The translations under genes and the position numbers were made by a program. DNA of 64,000 nt from a virus, in IMG/VR virus record IMGVR_UViG_3300003323_000724, positions 1 through 64,000 of that record. One strand, written 5' to 3'. Under the pieces are notes generated by a model. That model did not search any database and was not told the origin of the DNA. It saw only the letters and a program-made list of their open reading frames with translations. Shown piece by piece: positions 1-9,130 of the stretch (its first letter is position 1; each line of letters opens with the position of its first letter).

Positions 1-57
1 TTAGCAGCAGCGTTAGCAGCAGCGTAAGCAGCAGCGTTAGCAGCAGCGTTAGCAGCG
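1..57. repeat. 12-bp coding tandem repeat (TTAGCAGCAGCG)n
   Basis: About 4.7 copies with one variant; encodes AAAN/AAAY on the minus strand. Confidence 0.9.
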
Positions 58-287
58 TTTTTGTTTTTCTCCAAAGGTTCTTGTGCCCACAATTCGGCCG
101 CTTCAATTGCCTTCAATGGTCGATCGTCCTCCGGTTGCTCTTTTTGAAAAATGGGAAGAATCGACCGTGCCCATTCTGCTGCTAACAAAACACGAACTCT
201 ATGAGGAATTTTCTTCAGTTCCCTTTCTCGCTCGCTCCAGCCGTTGTCGGTCCATGCTTTGGGCAGTTGCTCTGTTTTGGTTGCCAT
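1..287 (-). CDS. Imm-5-like domain protein with Ala-rich tail (runs off window start; not in ORF track)
   Basis: Manual translation from ATG at 287: MATKTEQLPKAW...VLLAAEWARSILPIFQKEQPEDDRPLKAIEAAELWAQ...NAANAAANAAAYAAANAAA. Matches the Imm-5-like pattern (A..A..VLP.FE...P.D.RP..AIEAA..W) followed by Ala repeats. Confidence 0.7.
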   Translation of the reverse strand, partial: MATKTEQLPKAWTDNGWSERERELKKIPHRVRVLLAAEWARSILPIFQKEQPEDDRPLKAIEAAELWAQEPLEKNKNAANAAANAAAYAAANAAA

Positions 288-366
288 TTCAGTAAACTCC
301 TGTTAGGTTTCCGGTGTCCAAGTATGGAACACGTAACCCAAAAAGAAAATCGATAGGAACGGATTT

Positions 367-879
367 ATGGACATTGGCGAAGTGCTCACGCGGCACGGAT
401 CGGACAAGAACACGTACCACACTTACGGACCCGTTTACCAAGAACTGTTCGCCCCCATCCGGGAGCAAATCCAAACGGTACTCGAAATCGGCGTGCTCGG
501 TGGGGCTTCCCTGCGCGCGTGGGAGGAATTCTTCCCCAACGCACAGATTTACGGCCTGGATATCAATGTTGAGCCTTACGAGTGTGGTAGGATCAAAGTA
601 TTCAAGTGTGACGCAACGAAGGAAGATGAGATTCCGGAAGAGATTCGGGGCATGTCATTTGACGTAGGCATCGATGACGGGAGCCATTGGGAAAGTCAGC
701 AGATTGATTCGTGGAAACTGTTCTGGCCGAAGATCAAATTGGGGGGCATTTGGTGCGTAGAAGATATCCAAGCGTCACAGTCCTACGCCAAATTCGAGGA
801 AATGGGGGCCACAGTTTACGATCTCCGTGGCCCGAATTTGAGCTTTGACAATGCGTTAGCTGTTTGGCACAAGAAGTGA
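367..879 (+). CDS. Class I SAM-dependent methyltransferase-like protein
   Basis: GSDK...H.Y...Y N-terminus, VLEIGVLGGASL (motif I), YGLDI, FDVGIDDGSH, GGIWCVEDI. Confidence 0.8.
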   Translation: MDIGEVLTRHGSDKNTYHTYGPVYQELFAPIREQIQTVLEIGVLGGASLRAWEEFFPNAQIYGLDINVEPYECGRIKVFKCDATKEDEIPEEIRGMSFDVGIDDGSHWESQQIDSWKLFWPKIKLGGIWCVEDIQASQSYAKFEEMGATVYDLRGPNLSFDNALAVWHKK

Positions 880-883
880 TGTT

Positions 884-1081
884 TTAATCATTATCCCGGT
901 CATAATGAAAGAATATTTGGTGTTCACAGACCGGGCAATTTCCAGTTCCGAAGTCGCCGTCCTTTTGCGTGTATGTGATTTTCAATTCTTTTTGCTCTGC
1001 TTCTATTACAGAATTGGAATTATTACACGATCCTTTCCAAATCCGTTCGTCTGGTGCCTTTCCTCGTTTAACGATTTTCAT
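884..1081 (-). CDS. Small Zn-ribbon-like phage protein
   Basis: Part of a tightly packed minus-strand operon; CPVC motif. Confidence 0.55.
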   Translation of the reverse strand: MKIVKRGKAPDERIWKGSCNNSNSVIEAEQKELKITYTQKDGDFGTGNCPVCEHQIFFHYDRDND

Positions 1082-1256
1082 CCCCGATCTCCCTGTGTTC
1101 CAGTACGTCCCCGACGATCAGTTTCATTTCCAAATCATATCCTTCCTTCTCCGCGTCCCGCTCCTCGCGGTCCATCAACTCTTCGGCTTCTTTGAGCGTT
1201 GGGCACTCGAAGAGGAACCCCTCTCCGTCCGTTTGGACCCACACGAAATGCGGCAC
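1068..1256 (-). CDS. Hypothetical protein
   Basis: Abuts or overlaps neighbours in the minus-strand operon; GGAG Shine-Dalgarno upstream. Confidence 0.55.
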   Translation of the reverse strand: MPHFVWVQTDGEGFLFECPTLKEAEELMDREERDAEKEGYDLEMKLIVGDVLEHREIGDENR

Positions 1257-1257
1257 T

Positions 1258-1716
1258 TCAATTCTCCTTTTTGTCTTCCTCTTTTTGGTTCTTCAACAAC
1301 CATTTCCGGTATTGGTGGTGTAAATCATGCAACGCCCACTTCTCGATTCGCTTGGCCGTCTTGAACACGATCGGGCACCCCGGAACGGTCATGATACCAA
1401 CATGGTTCTCCCCGTCCCAAGTGACTTCCTTCTTGGTCCCCACCGGATCTTTGCACGGCTTTAGGATCGGTGATGTGTTTCTAAAGCAGTTGTAGCACTG
1501 TTTCTTGCACTGCTCCGCGATGTCCTGCGTATGGCCGCAGAACCACCGGAACCGGCCCTCTGCGATTATCCCGTCCTTGGAAACCTTCTGTGGGGGCTTT
1601 TCCTTCTTTGGTTTCTCTTCGGGCTTGGGTTTTGGTGGTGGAGCAGCCTGATCCATTTTGGGAATGGTCGCCGGCTTGTTCGCAATCGCCCGTTTCATAT
1701 CGTCTAACTTACCCAT
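1258..1716 (-). CDS. Hypothetical protein (Lys/Pro-rich N-terminus, Cys motifs)
   Basis: Overlaps the stop of the upstream gene; operon packing. Confidence 0.6.
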   Translation of the reverse strand: MGKLDDMKRAIANKPATIPKMDQAAPPPKPKPEEKPKKEKPPQKVSKDGIIAEGRFRWFCGHTQDIAEQCKKQCYNCFRNTSPILKPCKDPVGTKKEVTWDGENHVGIMTVPGCPIVFKTAKRIEKWALHDLHHQYRKWLLKNQKEEDKKEN

Positions 1717-2149
1717 TCAGTTTCTCCGTCTTTCGGTCTCTGGGGTGTTTTCTGGGGTTTCCGATCTCAACCAGCCTCTCCGGTCCACAATCGTCAAACA
1801 GGGGCCACAATTCTTCGTATTCGACGTATGCCGCTCCCTGCGGTCGCATTTTCCGCATTCGACAACAGAACAAGAAATCGCCCCAAATGTGCCCCTCTGG
1901 ATGAGCCTCTTTCGCGTCTTCCAACGCCTTTTCCAGCTCCCCAATGTTCTCCGGGGTGACCTCCTCCAGATCCGCACAGCCCCAGTAGAACAGATCGTTG
2001 CAGTTGATGAAAAACGATGCCGGGTAGTTGAATTGTCCACCTCCGTATTTTGGTCCGCATCGCCAATAAAACTGGTCCCGCATGTCGTACTTCTCGCCAA
2101 CCTTCAGCAACCGTTCAATAAACTTCATGTCATAAAATCGTCGTTCCAC
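1709..2149 (-). CDS. Hypothetical phage protein
   Basis: Operon packing; FFINCNDLFYWGCAD and LFCCRMRKMRPQ motifs look like a conserved phage family. Confidence 0.65.
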   Translation of the reverse strand: MERRFYDMKFIERLLKVGEKYDMRDQFYWRCGPKYGGGQFNYPASFFINCNDLFYWGCADLEEVTPENIGELEKALEDAKEAHPEGHIWGDFLFCCRMRKMRPQGAAYVEYEELWPLFDDCGPERLVEIGNPRKHPRDRKTEKLNG

Positions 2150-2150
2150 T

Positions 2151-2438
2151 TCAAATCCCCTCCGGAACTGGAACCAACACCCCGTATCGCTTGTTGAGAA
2201 CCCGACGGCACCGGGCGATCTTCATCCGTAAATCATCCACTACGAGTGTGCCGCCCTCAACGTCAACCGTCCCGGCTTGCATCTTGGCCTGAACGCTCCG
2301 GGCCAGTTCGACGCTGTTGTTCAGGGTTTCAAGGACGGCGTCCTTCATTTCAGCTCTCCGTTTGACTTCGGTACTCAACAATGCCAGACAAATCGGGGAA
2401 GTCAAATCACTTACCAGTTTTTGCAGACTTCCCGGCAC
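2151..2438 (-). CDS. Hypothetical protein
   Basis: Operon packing; start codon uncertain. Confidence 0.5.
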   Translation of the reverse strand: MPGSLQKLVSDLTSPICLALLSTEVKRRAEMKDAVLETLNNSVELARSVQAKMQAGTVDVEGGTLVVDDLRMKIARCRRVLNKRYGVLVPVPEGI

Positions 2439-2860
2439 TTTTCAATCGTTCGGTAGGCAGTTAGTGCCCACTGTCTCCAATTGTCATAATCAAACACGCC
2501 CGATCGACTTCCTTGTAAATTCGACGCCAGCACCCACTGCCCTTGATTCACGGCCTCGTTTTCGATGGCCCCTGAATAGACCACCGCCCGGTCAAAATCC
2601 TGAGCGCGCAAACTCCAGATCAGTGAATCACAATCCCCAGAAAACGCATGCAAAACCGGAGGGGCTTTTAGAATCAACCACTCGGCAGCAGCCTTTACGA
2701 TCAGTTCAACTGCTTTGTCTCGGCTTCCTGTTTCATCTTGAACCATGTCGATCGCAATAGCTGGGGGCATGGCTTCCTCCCCAACAAGTTTCTTTAACGG
2801 TGACACGACTCGACTGATCCCCTCCCATGCCTTTTCTGCTAGTTGTTCGGCCGGTGTCAT
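2411..2860 (-). CDS. Hypothetical protein, paralog of 48044-48307
   Basis: First gene after the promoter motif; shares A..AWE...MPPAIA.D.V....G..RDK..E..V with 48044-48307. Confidence 0.65.
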   Translation of the reverse strand: MTPAEQLAEKAWEGISRVVSPLKKLVGEEAMPPAIAIDMVQDETGSRDKAVELIVKAAAEWLILKAPPVLHAFSGDCDSLIWSLRAQDFDRAVVYSGAIENEAVNQGQWVLASNLQGSRSGVFDYDNWRQWALTAYRTIEKCREVCKNW

Positions 2861-2890
2861 TTTCGGTCTCTGTTTTGTCTTAGGTGCTCA

Positions 2891-2918
2891 AATATGCCTC
2901 ACAGATTTCAGGAGTCAA
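2891..2918 (-). promoter_or_regulatory. Phage promoter motif copy (TTGACT-N16-CATATT)
   Basis: One of 12 copies of a conserved intergenic motif oriented toward the downstream gene. Confidence 0.75.
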
Positions 2919-2919
2919 A

Positions 2920-4080
2920 TCACCCCAACCGGAATTCTGTCGCTTTTCTCTCAGTCGCACTCGGAACTCCCTTCCGGACCACAATCAGCCGACCGGAAGC
3001 CACCATCTCGTCAATTACTCGCTTCCCAGTCATCCGAGCTACGTTTAAAGCCTCTGCCGCTTTCCTAGAAGACAAAAAGAACACTCCGCTAGGACTTTGG
3101 GCAGCCAACGCCCTGCATCCCTGTAGAAGCAATTCTGTGCGATTTGTGGCGGTATTCGTTTTCTGAGTTGCTTGCCTCAACAGATTCATCGGTCTGGAGT
3201 TCTGCATCGACACTTCGGTTTTCGACCAGTAGGCCCGAAAGTCTCGGAAGCTCACATCGAATTCCTTGGTCCGCATTTCCGAAACTGAAATCGCGTGCCA
3301 GTAGCAGAATGCGATGTACAAGTCGTGCGGATTTGCATCGACGGGCAGAACATCCCGCAACGCTCGGGAGAACCGGCCAATCATCCGATTCCGGGTTCCC
3401 ATCTGAACCACGCGAGTTTTCCGTGCCGCTTCCCGTATCCCGCTCGGTACTTCGTCAGGGGTCGGGAATGCCCCAAATGGGACACAAGTAGTTGACTGGT
3501 AATCAGGGGTTGTTTGGACGGGTTCTGCGGTGTGGGAATTGAGTAATCCTGTCTCGGCTAGTTTGAGGATCGGAAAGCTGGATTTCGACATCGGTGGAAT
3601 TGTGATCCACTCGTAATTGTGGGTGTTGCTTGATTTGTTCGTGATTCGAGATGGGGGCATCAGAACGAAGTGGCCGTCCGAGATCAGTTCTCCGTTACTC
3701 AACCTCTGCCACGGAACCGGATGAGGACAACGGAAGTGAACGTGGCGCCCACGGTGAGTTCTGACAGTTGGACAAATGATAGCGATTTCTTTGTTTGCTC
3801 TGGCCCACACCCGGTACTCATCCATCGTGTCGAAGTCGCGAACGATGTGATGCAGTCCGGCTCCGCTAATCGAACCACAGACGCACCCAATGGCAGTCGT
3901 TCCCCACCGCTTGAAGTGAAACGCAATGTCTCTGTCGTTGAGTTTTTTCTTTTGAAGTTCCAGCCATTCCATATTCGGTTTTTTGTTCTTCCGGACCGGA
4001 AAAACCGACATGCCGAGATTGCGAAGGATCAGAGCTTCTTGAACCAAGTCGTTGACGGGATCGTGCCAGAGCGATACCAT
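2920..4080 (-). CDS. Bifunctional primase/polymerase (Prim-Pol) domain protein with C-terminal HTH
   Basis: LGMSVFPV..NKKP..W, IGCVCGSISG...VRDFD, PTVRT.RGRHVHF, FVLMPPS; C-terminal LSSRKAAEALNV HTH. Confidence 0.8.
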   Translation of the reverse strand: MVSLWHDPVNDLVQEALILRNLGMSVFPVRKNKKPNMEWLELQKKKLNDRDIAFHFKRWGTTAIGCVCGSISGAGLHHIVRDFDTMDEYRVWARANKEIAIICPTVRTHRGRHVHFRCPHPVPWQRLSNGELISDGHFVLMPPSRITNKSSNTHNYEWITIPPMSKSSFPILKLAETGLLNSHTAEPVQTTPDYQSTTCVPFGAFPTPDEVPSGIREAARKTRVVQMGTRNRMIGRFSRALRDVLPVDANPHDLYIAFCYWHAISVSEMRTKEFDVSFRDFRAYWSKTEVSMQNSRPMNLLRQATQKTNTATNRTELLLQGCRALAAQSPSGVFFLSSRKAAEALNVARMTGKRVIDEMVASGRLIVVRKGVPSATERKATEFRLG

Positions 4081-4259
4081 TTCCCTGCACCTCGCCGGAA
4101 TCGAGGGACTATCGAAAGCGGCACCCAGCCACGGGTGCTTCTTTCACTTATGGACCTAATATCGCACTTCTCCGCTCCAAATCAAGCCTTAACGCTAGAC
4201 ACGAAATCTCGTGATCGGTACTATGCACTTGAAACGACTTCCCTTTTGGGAACTCCTGT

Positions 4260-4589
4260 ATGCAAGACCGGTATCCCACGACGCCGTTGCCCGACGATCC
4301 GGACGCTGAAGCCACCGAGTGGGTGGACGCGCCAGCCGAATCGCACGTCAAGGCATTCCGGTACGTGGACCGGTCCCAGTCGCGTCTCGGCGGTCCCAGC
4401 GAAGTCTGGGTGACGTTTAAGGCCAAGGACACGAAGACCAAGCACTACCCCGAAGTGACGTACAAGTACGAGTGGTATGACCACTCGGCCGGACTCGAAG
4501 CGTGGGGGGCGATTTCCGAAGCCGGAAGCCCCGGGCAAGTCATCGACGGGTGGAAGAAGTCCCACGTTCCTTACCACGGACCGATGTAA
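4260..4589 (+). CDS. KTSC-like domain protein
   Basis: SHVKAFRY...VWVTFK...TYKY...W.AI..A.S.G pattern resembles KTSC. Confidence 0.45.
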   Translation: MQDRYPTTPLPDDPDAEATEWVDAPAESHVKAFRYVDRSQSRLGGPSEVWVTFKAKDTKTKHYPEVTYKYEWYDHSAGLEAWGAISEAGSPGQVIDGWKKSHVPYHGPM

Positions 4590-4625
4590 CCAGCTCGCCC
4601 AATTCCTCTGAACGGAGTCTTAGAC

Positions 4626-4868
4626 TTGCGTAAGTTTCTGATCGCCACGATTCTCGTCCTCTCCCTCCCGGCCGTTTCCGAAGCCGGCTGTAAGGGAGGA
4701 CTGCTCGCCCGGGTGAAGGAAAACGTCCAGGAGAGGCGTTTAAATCGCACAGGATGCTCTCCAGTGCAAAAAGTCGCGTCCGCTGGCCTGTTTCCCCTTC
4801 GGGCAGTTAAATCGCTTCCTGCGTCATCCTGTGCGAACGGGAAGTGTGGTCTTGGGGTCATCAAGTAA
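4626..4868 (+). CDS. Small secreted protein with Cys tail
   Basis: Signal peptide MRKFLIATILVLSLPAVSEA; C-terminal SSCANGKC. Confidence 0.65.
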   Translation: MRKFLIATILVLSLPAVSEAGCKGGLLARVKENVQERRLNRTGCSPVQKVASAGLFPLRAVKSLPASSCANGKCGLGVIK

Positions 4869-4880
4869 CGGATTCGCCCA

Positions 4881-5261
4881 ATGCCGGACCAAGTGTGGAT
4901 TCAATACGGATCGTTCGGAATCGTTTTCCTTATCCTAGTTGGTGGGGGAATCTGGTTCATTCGGTCTGGCTTTCCACAGATGCTTGTTGCGATGCACACG
5001 CTGGCCGATCGGGTAATGCTGACCGTTGAGAAGATGGACGACGGGTGCCGAGCGGAGCGGCGAGAACAACTCGCCGCGTTCCGCACCGAGAGCGAAAAGA
5101 ACCGGGAGATGATGGAGCGGATTTCCAAGTCGGACATGGAGGCGCGGCACAAGCAGGGCGAAGTTTACCAGCGGCAAATCATCGAAATGTTTGAGTATTT
5201 CACGAAACAATCCGGGGGCTTTCATCCGCCCGGAGTAAAACCGAAACCGGGGAACTCCTGA
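4881..5261 (+). CDS. Single-TM membrane protein with coiled coil (holin/spanin-like candidate)
   Basis: N-terminal TM segment GSFGIVFLILVGGGIWFI followed by a charged helical region. Confidence 0.55.
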   Translation: MPDQVWIQYGSFGIVFLILVGGGIWFIRSGFPQMLVAMHTLADRVMLTVEKMDDGCRAERREQLAAFRTESEKNREMMERISKSDMEARHKQGEVYQRQIIEMFEYFTKQSGGFHPPGVKPKPGNS

Positions 5262-5725
5262 TGGCAGAGGCTAACGGGACCAAGGAACGAAAGACCCGGA
5301 TCGGGGCCACTGTTGGTGAAATCGCCGACAGCGCGGAGCAGATCACCGATTCGGCCGTTTCGATTAGCAAGATGCCCTCCCAACAAGCGATCACCCTTCT
5401 CGCCGTGGGGAGCATTACCTTCCTCTGTATCTTCCTCGGGTTCCAATCTTGGCGGGAGTCGGAAGACCGCAAGGCTGCGATCAATTCGATGAAGGACCAG
5501 ATGAACGCTCAGATGCGGGAGAACAACTCTCAGCTTGAACTGAAATCGCTCCACTGCCAGCAGGAAGCGGAAAAGGCCCGTGCGGACTCCAAGGAACTGG
5601 TCAAGACGGTGATGACGGCGTTCATCGAAGAGGGAAGTAAGAACCGGACGTTCCAGGCGGAACAGAACGAGAAGCTCCGGACGGAACTGATTTCCACTCT
5701 CCGGATGAAATCTATCGGGCCGTAA
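5261..5725 (+). CDS. Single-TM membrane protein with coiled coil
   Basis: TM segment AITLLAVGSITFLCIFLGF; start overlaps the upstream stop (TGATG). Confidence 0.6.
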   Translation: MAEANGTKERKTRIGATVGEIADSAEQITDSAVSISKMPSQQAITLLAVGSITFLCIFLGFQSWRESEDRKAAINSMKDQMNAQMRENNSQLELKSLHCQQEAEKARADSKELVKTVMTAFIEEGSKNRTFQAEQNEKLRTELISTLRMKSIGP

Positions 5726-6149
5726 CCACACAGTTCTCCAGACGGACGAAGTAATCCACTCGGAGTGATCGCCATTTACCGTCCCGGACTGGACCCTTTG
5801 AAACTCCTGTGATGAGAACCCCCCGCCCTTCGTCCTTCGGAACCGGTTCCCATGTGTGACACACAATAACCGGCTCGAACGCTCCTTGGGTGAGCCAAAT
5901 GCGAACCTCTTGGCCGTCGGTTTTGTAATCGTCCCGATCCACGCGAATGCGGACCTTCCGCCCGGTGTAAATGTCGGCCGTAGTGTAGTCTCGAATCATG
6001 ACCGTCCACCCCACGTCATGAACCGGATCGGGAACCTTGGGAGTGGAAACCACTTGTTTCGGGGAACACCCCACACAAGCGGCAACGATGGCTAGATAAG
6101 AACCCAGAACCGAAGCACCCATAACCCTGTAGACGTGACGAGGATTCAT
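5712..6149 (-). CDS. Putative lipoprotein / exported protein
   Basis: Hydrophobic N-terminus ending AACVGCS; beta-rich body. Confidence 0.45.
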   Translation of the reverse strand: MNPRHVYRVMGASVLGSYLAIVAACVGCSPKQVVSTPKVPDPVHDVGWTVMIRDYTTADIYTGRKVRIRVDRDDYKTDGQEVRIWLTQGAFEPVIVCHTWEPVPKDEGRGVLITGVSKGPVRDGKWRSLRVDYFVRLENCVVTAR

Positions 6150-6528
6150 GAAGACCTCAGCGGGTAAGAAGGTTTCAGTTCAGTCTAGCAAACTCAGTGC
6201 AGGCAAATCCAAAGTTTCGTCTAATCCTAAAGTTAAGGCGAATCCACAAACGCGGACCGAAGAACTCCTCGAAGAGTTAATCTCTCTCCTGAAACCGCTG
6301 TTGGCGGTTCAGCCCCTCATGGACCCACCGCCTCCGGGAACTGGGACGGCTCCCCCGCAAACTGCGTGTCAGCAACCGTGTTGCTGCGAAGGGGCCGCAG
6401 CAGGTACGATCATGTTTTGCGAGGACGGAGTATGTACCGGTCTGTCCGTTCCTACTTATCCCGCCGTCTTGTCGTTCAATCCGAACGCGAACAACGGATT
6501 GCCGTTCTGGGAGCGGATTACTCCTTAA
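6148..6528 (+). CDS. Hypothetical Pro/Cys-rich protein
   Basis: ORF with a CQQPCCC cluster; start uncertain. Confidence 0.45.
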   Translation: MKTSAGKKVSVQSSKLSAGKSKVSSNPKVKANPQTRTEELLEELISLLKPLLAVQPLMDPPPPGTGTAPPQTACQQPCCCEGAAAGTIMFCEDGVCTGLSVPTYPAVLSFNPNANNGLPFWERITP

Positions 6529-6593
6529 TCGCTACTGTTGCGTAAAAGGTGTCACACCGGACATGGATTCGCCCGAATTATTTTGGAGGGCCA

Positions 6594-7244
6594 ATGAAAC
6601 TCAAAGCGATTGTTGCTCTACTCCTGTCAGCAGTTCCCGTGTGGGCCGCTCCCCCAGAAGCTCCTACAGATGTAACGGCTGCGAAGGGCGAACTTACCGA
6701 AGTTGTGGTTAAAGTTCCGACCGGGAAGACCCTCTGTTACAAGCTCGTCGGAGCGGAAGCTGCGTTTCGCGAAATGAAGGGATCGGCAGACACCGAGAAG
6801 GTGTTCTGGTTGTTCTCGAAGACGGGCGGTCAGTCATTTGTCGTGTGGTGGTTTCAGGGGGACGCGGACAGTTCCGTTACCAACGTGAACAAGGGGGCTG
6901 CTCCTACTCCTCCCCCCGGTCCCGGCCCGGGACCAGTTCCGCCCCCCACTCCGATCAATGCAACGTGGGCGATTGTAGTCGAGGAAACCTCCGCTCGAAC
7001 TCCTGCCATTTCCGCAGTGCTTAATGACCTTGCGATGTGGAATCGGGTAGCGGCAAAGGGCGTCAAATGGAGGACTTATGATAAAGATTCTGCGGACACC
7101 AAGGCCAAGAAATACGACGTTGCTGCGGCTCCTGTGGGCTACCCGGCTCTCTTGCTCCTTGACAGTGTCGGAAAGGTTCTGAAGGTAAGTAAACTGCCCG
7201 CAACGTCCGTTGAAACCGAAGCTGCAATTACGGGAGGGAAATAA
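6594..7244 (+). CDS. Secreted protein with PGPGP linker and thioredoxin-like C-terminal domain
   Basis: GGAGG Shine-Dalgarno, signal peptide MKLKAIVALLLSAVPVWA, PTPPPGPGPGPVPPP linker, YPALLLLD..GKVL. Confidence 0.7.
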   Translation: MKLKAIVALLLSAVPVWAAPPEAPTDVTAAKGELTEVVVKVPTGKTLCYKLVGAEAAFREMKGSADTEKVFWLFSKTGGQSFVVWWFQGDADSSVTNVNKGAAPTPPPGPGPGPVPPPTPINATWAIVVEETSARTPAISAVLNDLAMWNRVAAKGVKWRTYDKDSADTKAKKYDVAAAPVGYPALLLLDSVGKVLKVSKLPATSVETEAAITGGK

Positions 7245-7245
7245 C

Positions 7246-8058
7246 GTGGCCGATGAATTAATTCTTGACGGGAAGCAGGTCTTTACGGGGTGCTTAATTC
7301 ACCCCGTCGGTAAAGTATGCTTCCTTCCCGTTTTTGAAGACTCCGGACCGATGCTCACCCAGACCCAAATTGAAGACATCGCCAAATCCGGAACCGCTCG
7401 GGGGAAGGACCGGTTCGATTCGAGTTACATCACAGACCAAGGGCAGTTCGGGAGCTGTAACGGGCACGCGGGCGCCGGTGCCCTTTCTCGCGCTCGGGTT
7501 CGGCGCGGTTTGGATTACGTCAAGCTCTCGGGCGCATATCTTTATTCTTTAATCAACGGTGGACGGGACAATGGATCACTGCTCGAAGATGGCATGGCCG
7601 CAATGCAGTCTCGGGGAATCGCAAGTGCAGCAGCAGTAAATCCATCGCAGATTTACCCCTCGAAGTACAACAAGGCCCAAGCAGACGCGGAAGCGGCTCA
7701 GTACAAAGGGTTTGAGTGTTACGCAGTTAACACTCAACAAGGACTGTTCTCTGCTCTCGCCAGCGGGTTCGACTGCGTAGTGGCTCTTTGTGCGAACAAT
7801 GGTTTCATGCAATTGGATTCCCGTGGTGTGGCACAGGGCGGAGCCGGGACTCTCAACCACGCGGTTTCCACAGACGGGTTGTGGTGGGACGGGGAACTAA
7901 TCGCCGACGGGTACAATTCATGGGGACTGTCCTATGGCATCCAAGGGCGGATGGGACTAACTTGGAAGCAGCACTTCCAGTACAGCTACCGAGACACCAC
8001 GTTTTACGCGATTCGTAGTACGATCGACGGTGACTCCGGGCCACCGGTCGCAAACTAA
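7246..8058 (+). CDS. Papain-like (C1 family) cysteine peptidase
   Basis: DQGQFGSC (oxyanion Gln and catalytic Cys), LNHAV (His), YNSWG..YG.QG (Asn). Confidence 0.85.
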   Translation: MADELILDGKQVFTGCLIHPVGKVCFLPVFEDSGPMLTQTQIEDIAKSGTARGKDRFDSSYITDQGQFGSCNGHAGAGALSRARVRRGLDYVKLSGAYLYSLINGGRDNGSLLEDGMAAMQSRGIASAAAVNPSQIYPSKYNKAQADAEAAQYKGFECYAVNTQQGLFSALASGFDCVVALCANNGFMQLDSRGVAQGGAGTLNHAVSTDGLWWDGELIADGYNSWGLSYGIQGRMGLTWKQHFQYSYRDTTFYAIRSTIDGDSGPPVAN

Positions 8059-8067
8059 GGAGTAAAA

Positions 8068-8487
8068 ATGGTTCGTTTTTTCCTGACTGCGGCCGTAGTT
8101 CTTTTCGCTTCTTTAGCGCGGGCTGATGATCCCCCCGCTGCCCTTGTAGACGATCCGCCCACAGCGGATGTGATTGTCCTCGAAGAAAAACCGACCAAAA
8201 CGGCAGTTAAGCCCCCTTCCGTTCTAGTCGATCCCGACCACAATTGTCCCTCTTGTGGTCGATCACAGTTCATCGTTAATCGGTTCGTTGGGGACACACA
8301 CAGCCATTTGTGTTCGTCCTGTGGCACTGAGTGGTTTCACAAAGATCCGGGTACTGGAATTGCATCGCAACAACTCAAGTCTATTGGATCGGTCCAATCC
8401 GGTGGGTGTGTTGGTGGGAATTGTCCCACCGGATACTCACAACCGTCCCGGGGCTGGCGTCCGGGGGCGATTCTTTTTGGTCGTTAA
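8068..8487 (+). CDS. Secreted Cys-rich protein
   Basis: Signal peptide; CPSC...HLCSSC; GGCVGGNCP tail. Confidence 0.7.
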   Translation: MVRFFLTAAVVLFASLARADDPPAALVDDPPTADVIVLEEKPTKTAVKPPSVLVDPDHNCPSCGRSQFIVNRFVGDTHSHLCSSCGTEWFHKDPGTGIASQQLKSIGSVQSGGCVGGNCPTGYSQPSRGWRPGAILFGR

Positions 8488-8505
8488 CCCTTTAAGGAGT
8501 TTCAC

Positions 8506-8775
8506 ATGTCCGAACACGTTTTCGCTTCCGCTCCTCCGACCGTTGCTATGACTTCTGTTGGCCTGTCCTTCAGCGGGGTGATCGAATTCGCTAAGAAAGC
8601 TGTCGAACTGCTCCAAGAGAAGGGTGATGACGTTATTGGCATGTTGGACGCCGGGTTCCGCGCGTTCGCGGCCGTTTCCAGTAGGGATTTTACGGCTCTG
8701 TTTGCTGCTCTCAATGACGTGAACCGTACCGCCCAATCGATCATCGACGCGATCAAAGAAACCTTTGGAGTGTAA
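8506..8775 (+). CDS. Small amphipathic/membrane-associated protein
   Basis: AAGGAG Shine-Dalgarno; operon packing. Confidence 0.6.
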   Translation: MSEHVFASAPPTVAMTSVGLSFSGVIEFAKKAVELLQEKGDDVIGMLDAGFRAFAAVSSRDFTALFAALNDVNRTAQSIIDAIKETFGV

Positions 8776-8778
8776 TCG

Positions 8779-9123
8779 ATGCCAGCACCAAAGAGAGTGG
8801 GGCCATTCCGTCAGGCCATGTTCTTGTTCACCGTTCGCAATCGCTTGGCCGGGGAACTCCGGTCCAAGCTCGATATGTCGTTCTTGGATGCGCGAAGGGC
8901 CGCTGCGGATCTCGATGACGACATTATCGAGCAGGCTGCAATTAAGGCTAACAATGGCCCTCCCAAGGCCATTGGTGACGGCGGGATTCTTCAGTTTATT
9001 CTGGACTTCATTACGAGCCAGCAGTTCAAGGACTTGATTGCGTTCCTGATTTCCCTGTTCACGCAAACCGAACTTCCGGTCGGTGCTCAAACTCCTGCTC
9101 CGGCAGAACAGCCCACAGCCTAA
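8779..9123 (+). CDS. Small protein with amphipathic C-terminal helices
   Basis: GGILQFILDFI...LIAFLISLF; last gene before the terminator. Confidence 0.6.
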   Translation: MPAPKRVGPFRQAMFLFTVRNRLAGELRSKLDMSFLDARRAAADLDDDIIEQAAIKANNGPPKAIGDGGILQFILDFITSQQFKDLIAFLISLFTQTELPVGAQTPAPAEQPTA

Positions 9124-9130
9124 CCAACAT

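Noticed and set aside
1-57. Terminal repeat or CRISPR-like repeat at the window start
   Set aside because: No spacers; it is an in-frame Ala-rich coding repeat.
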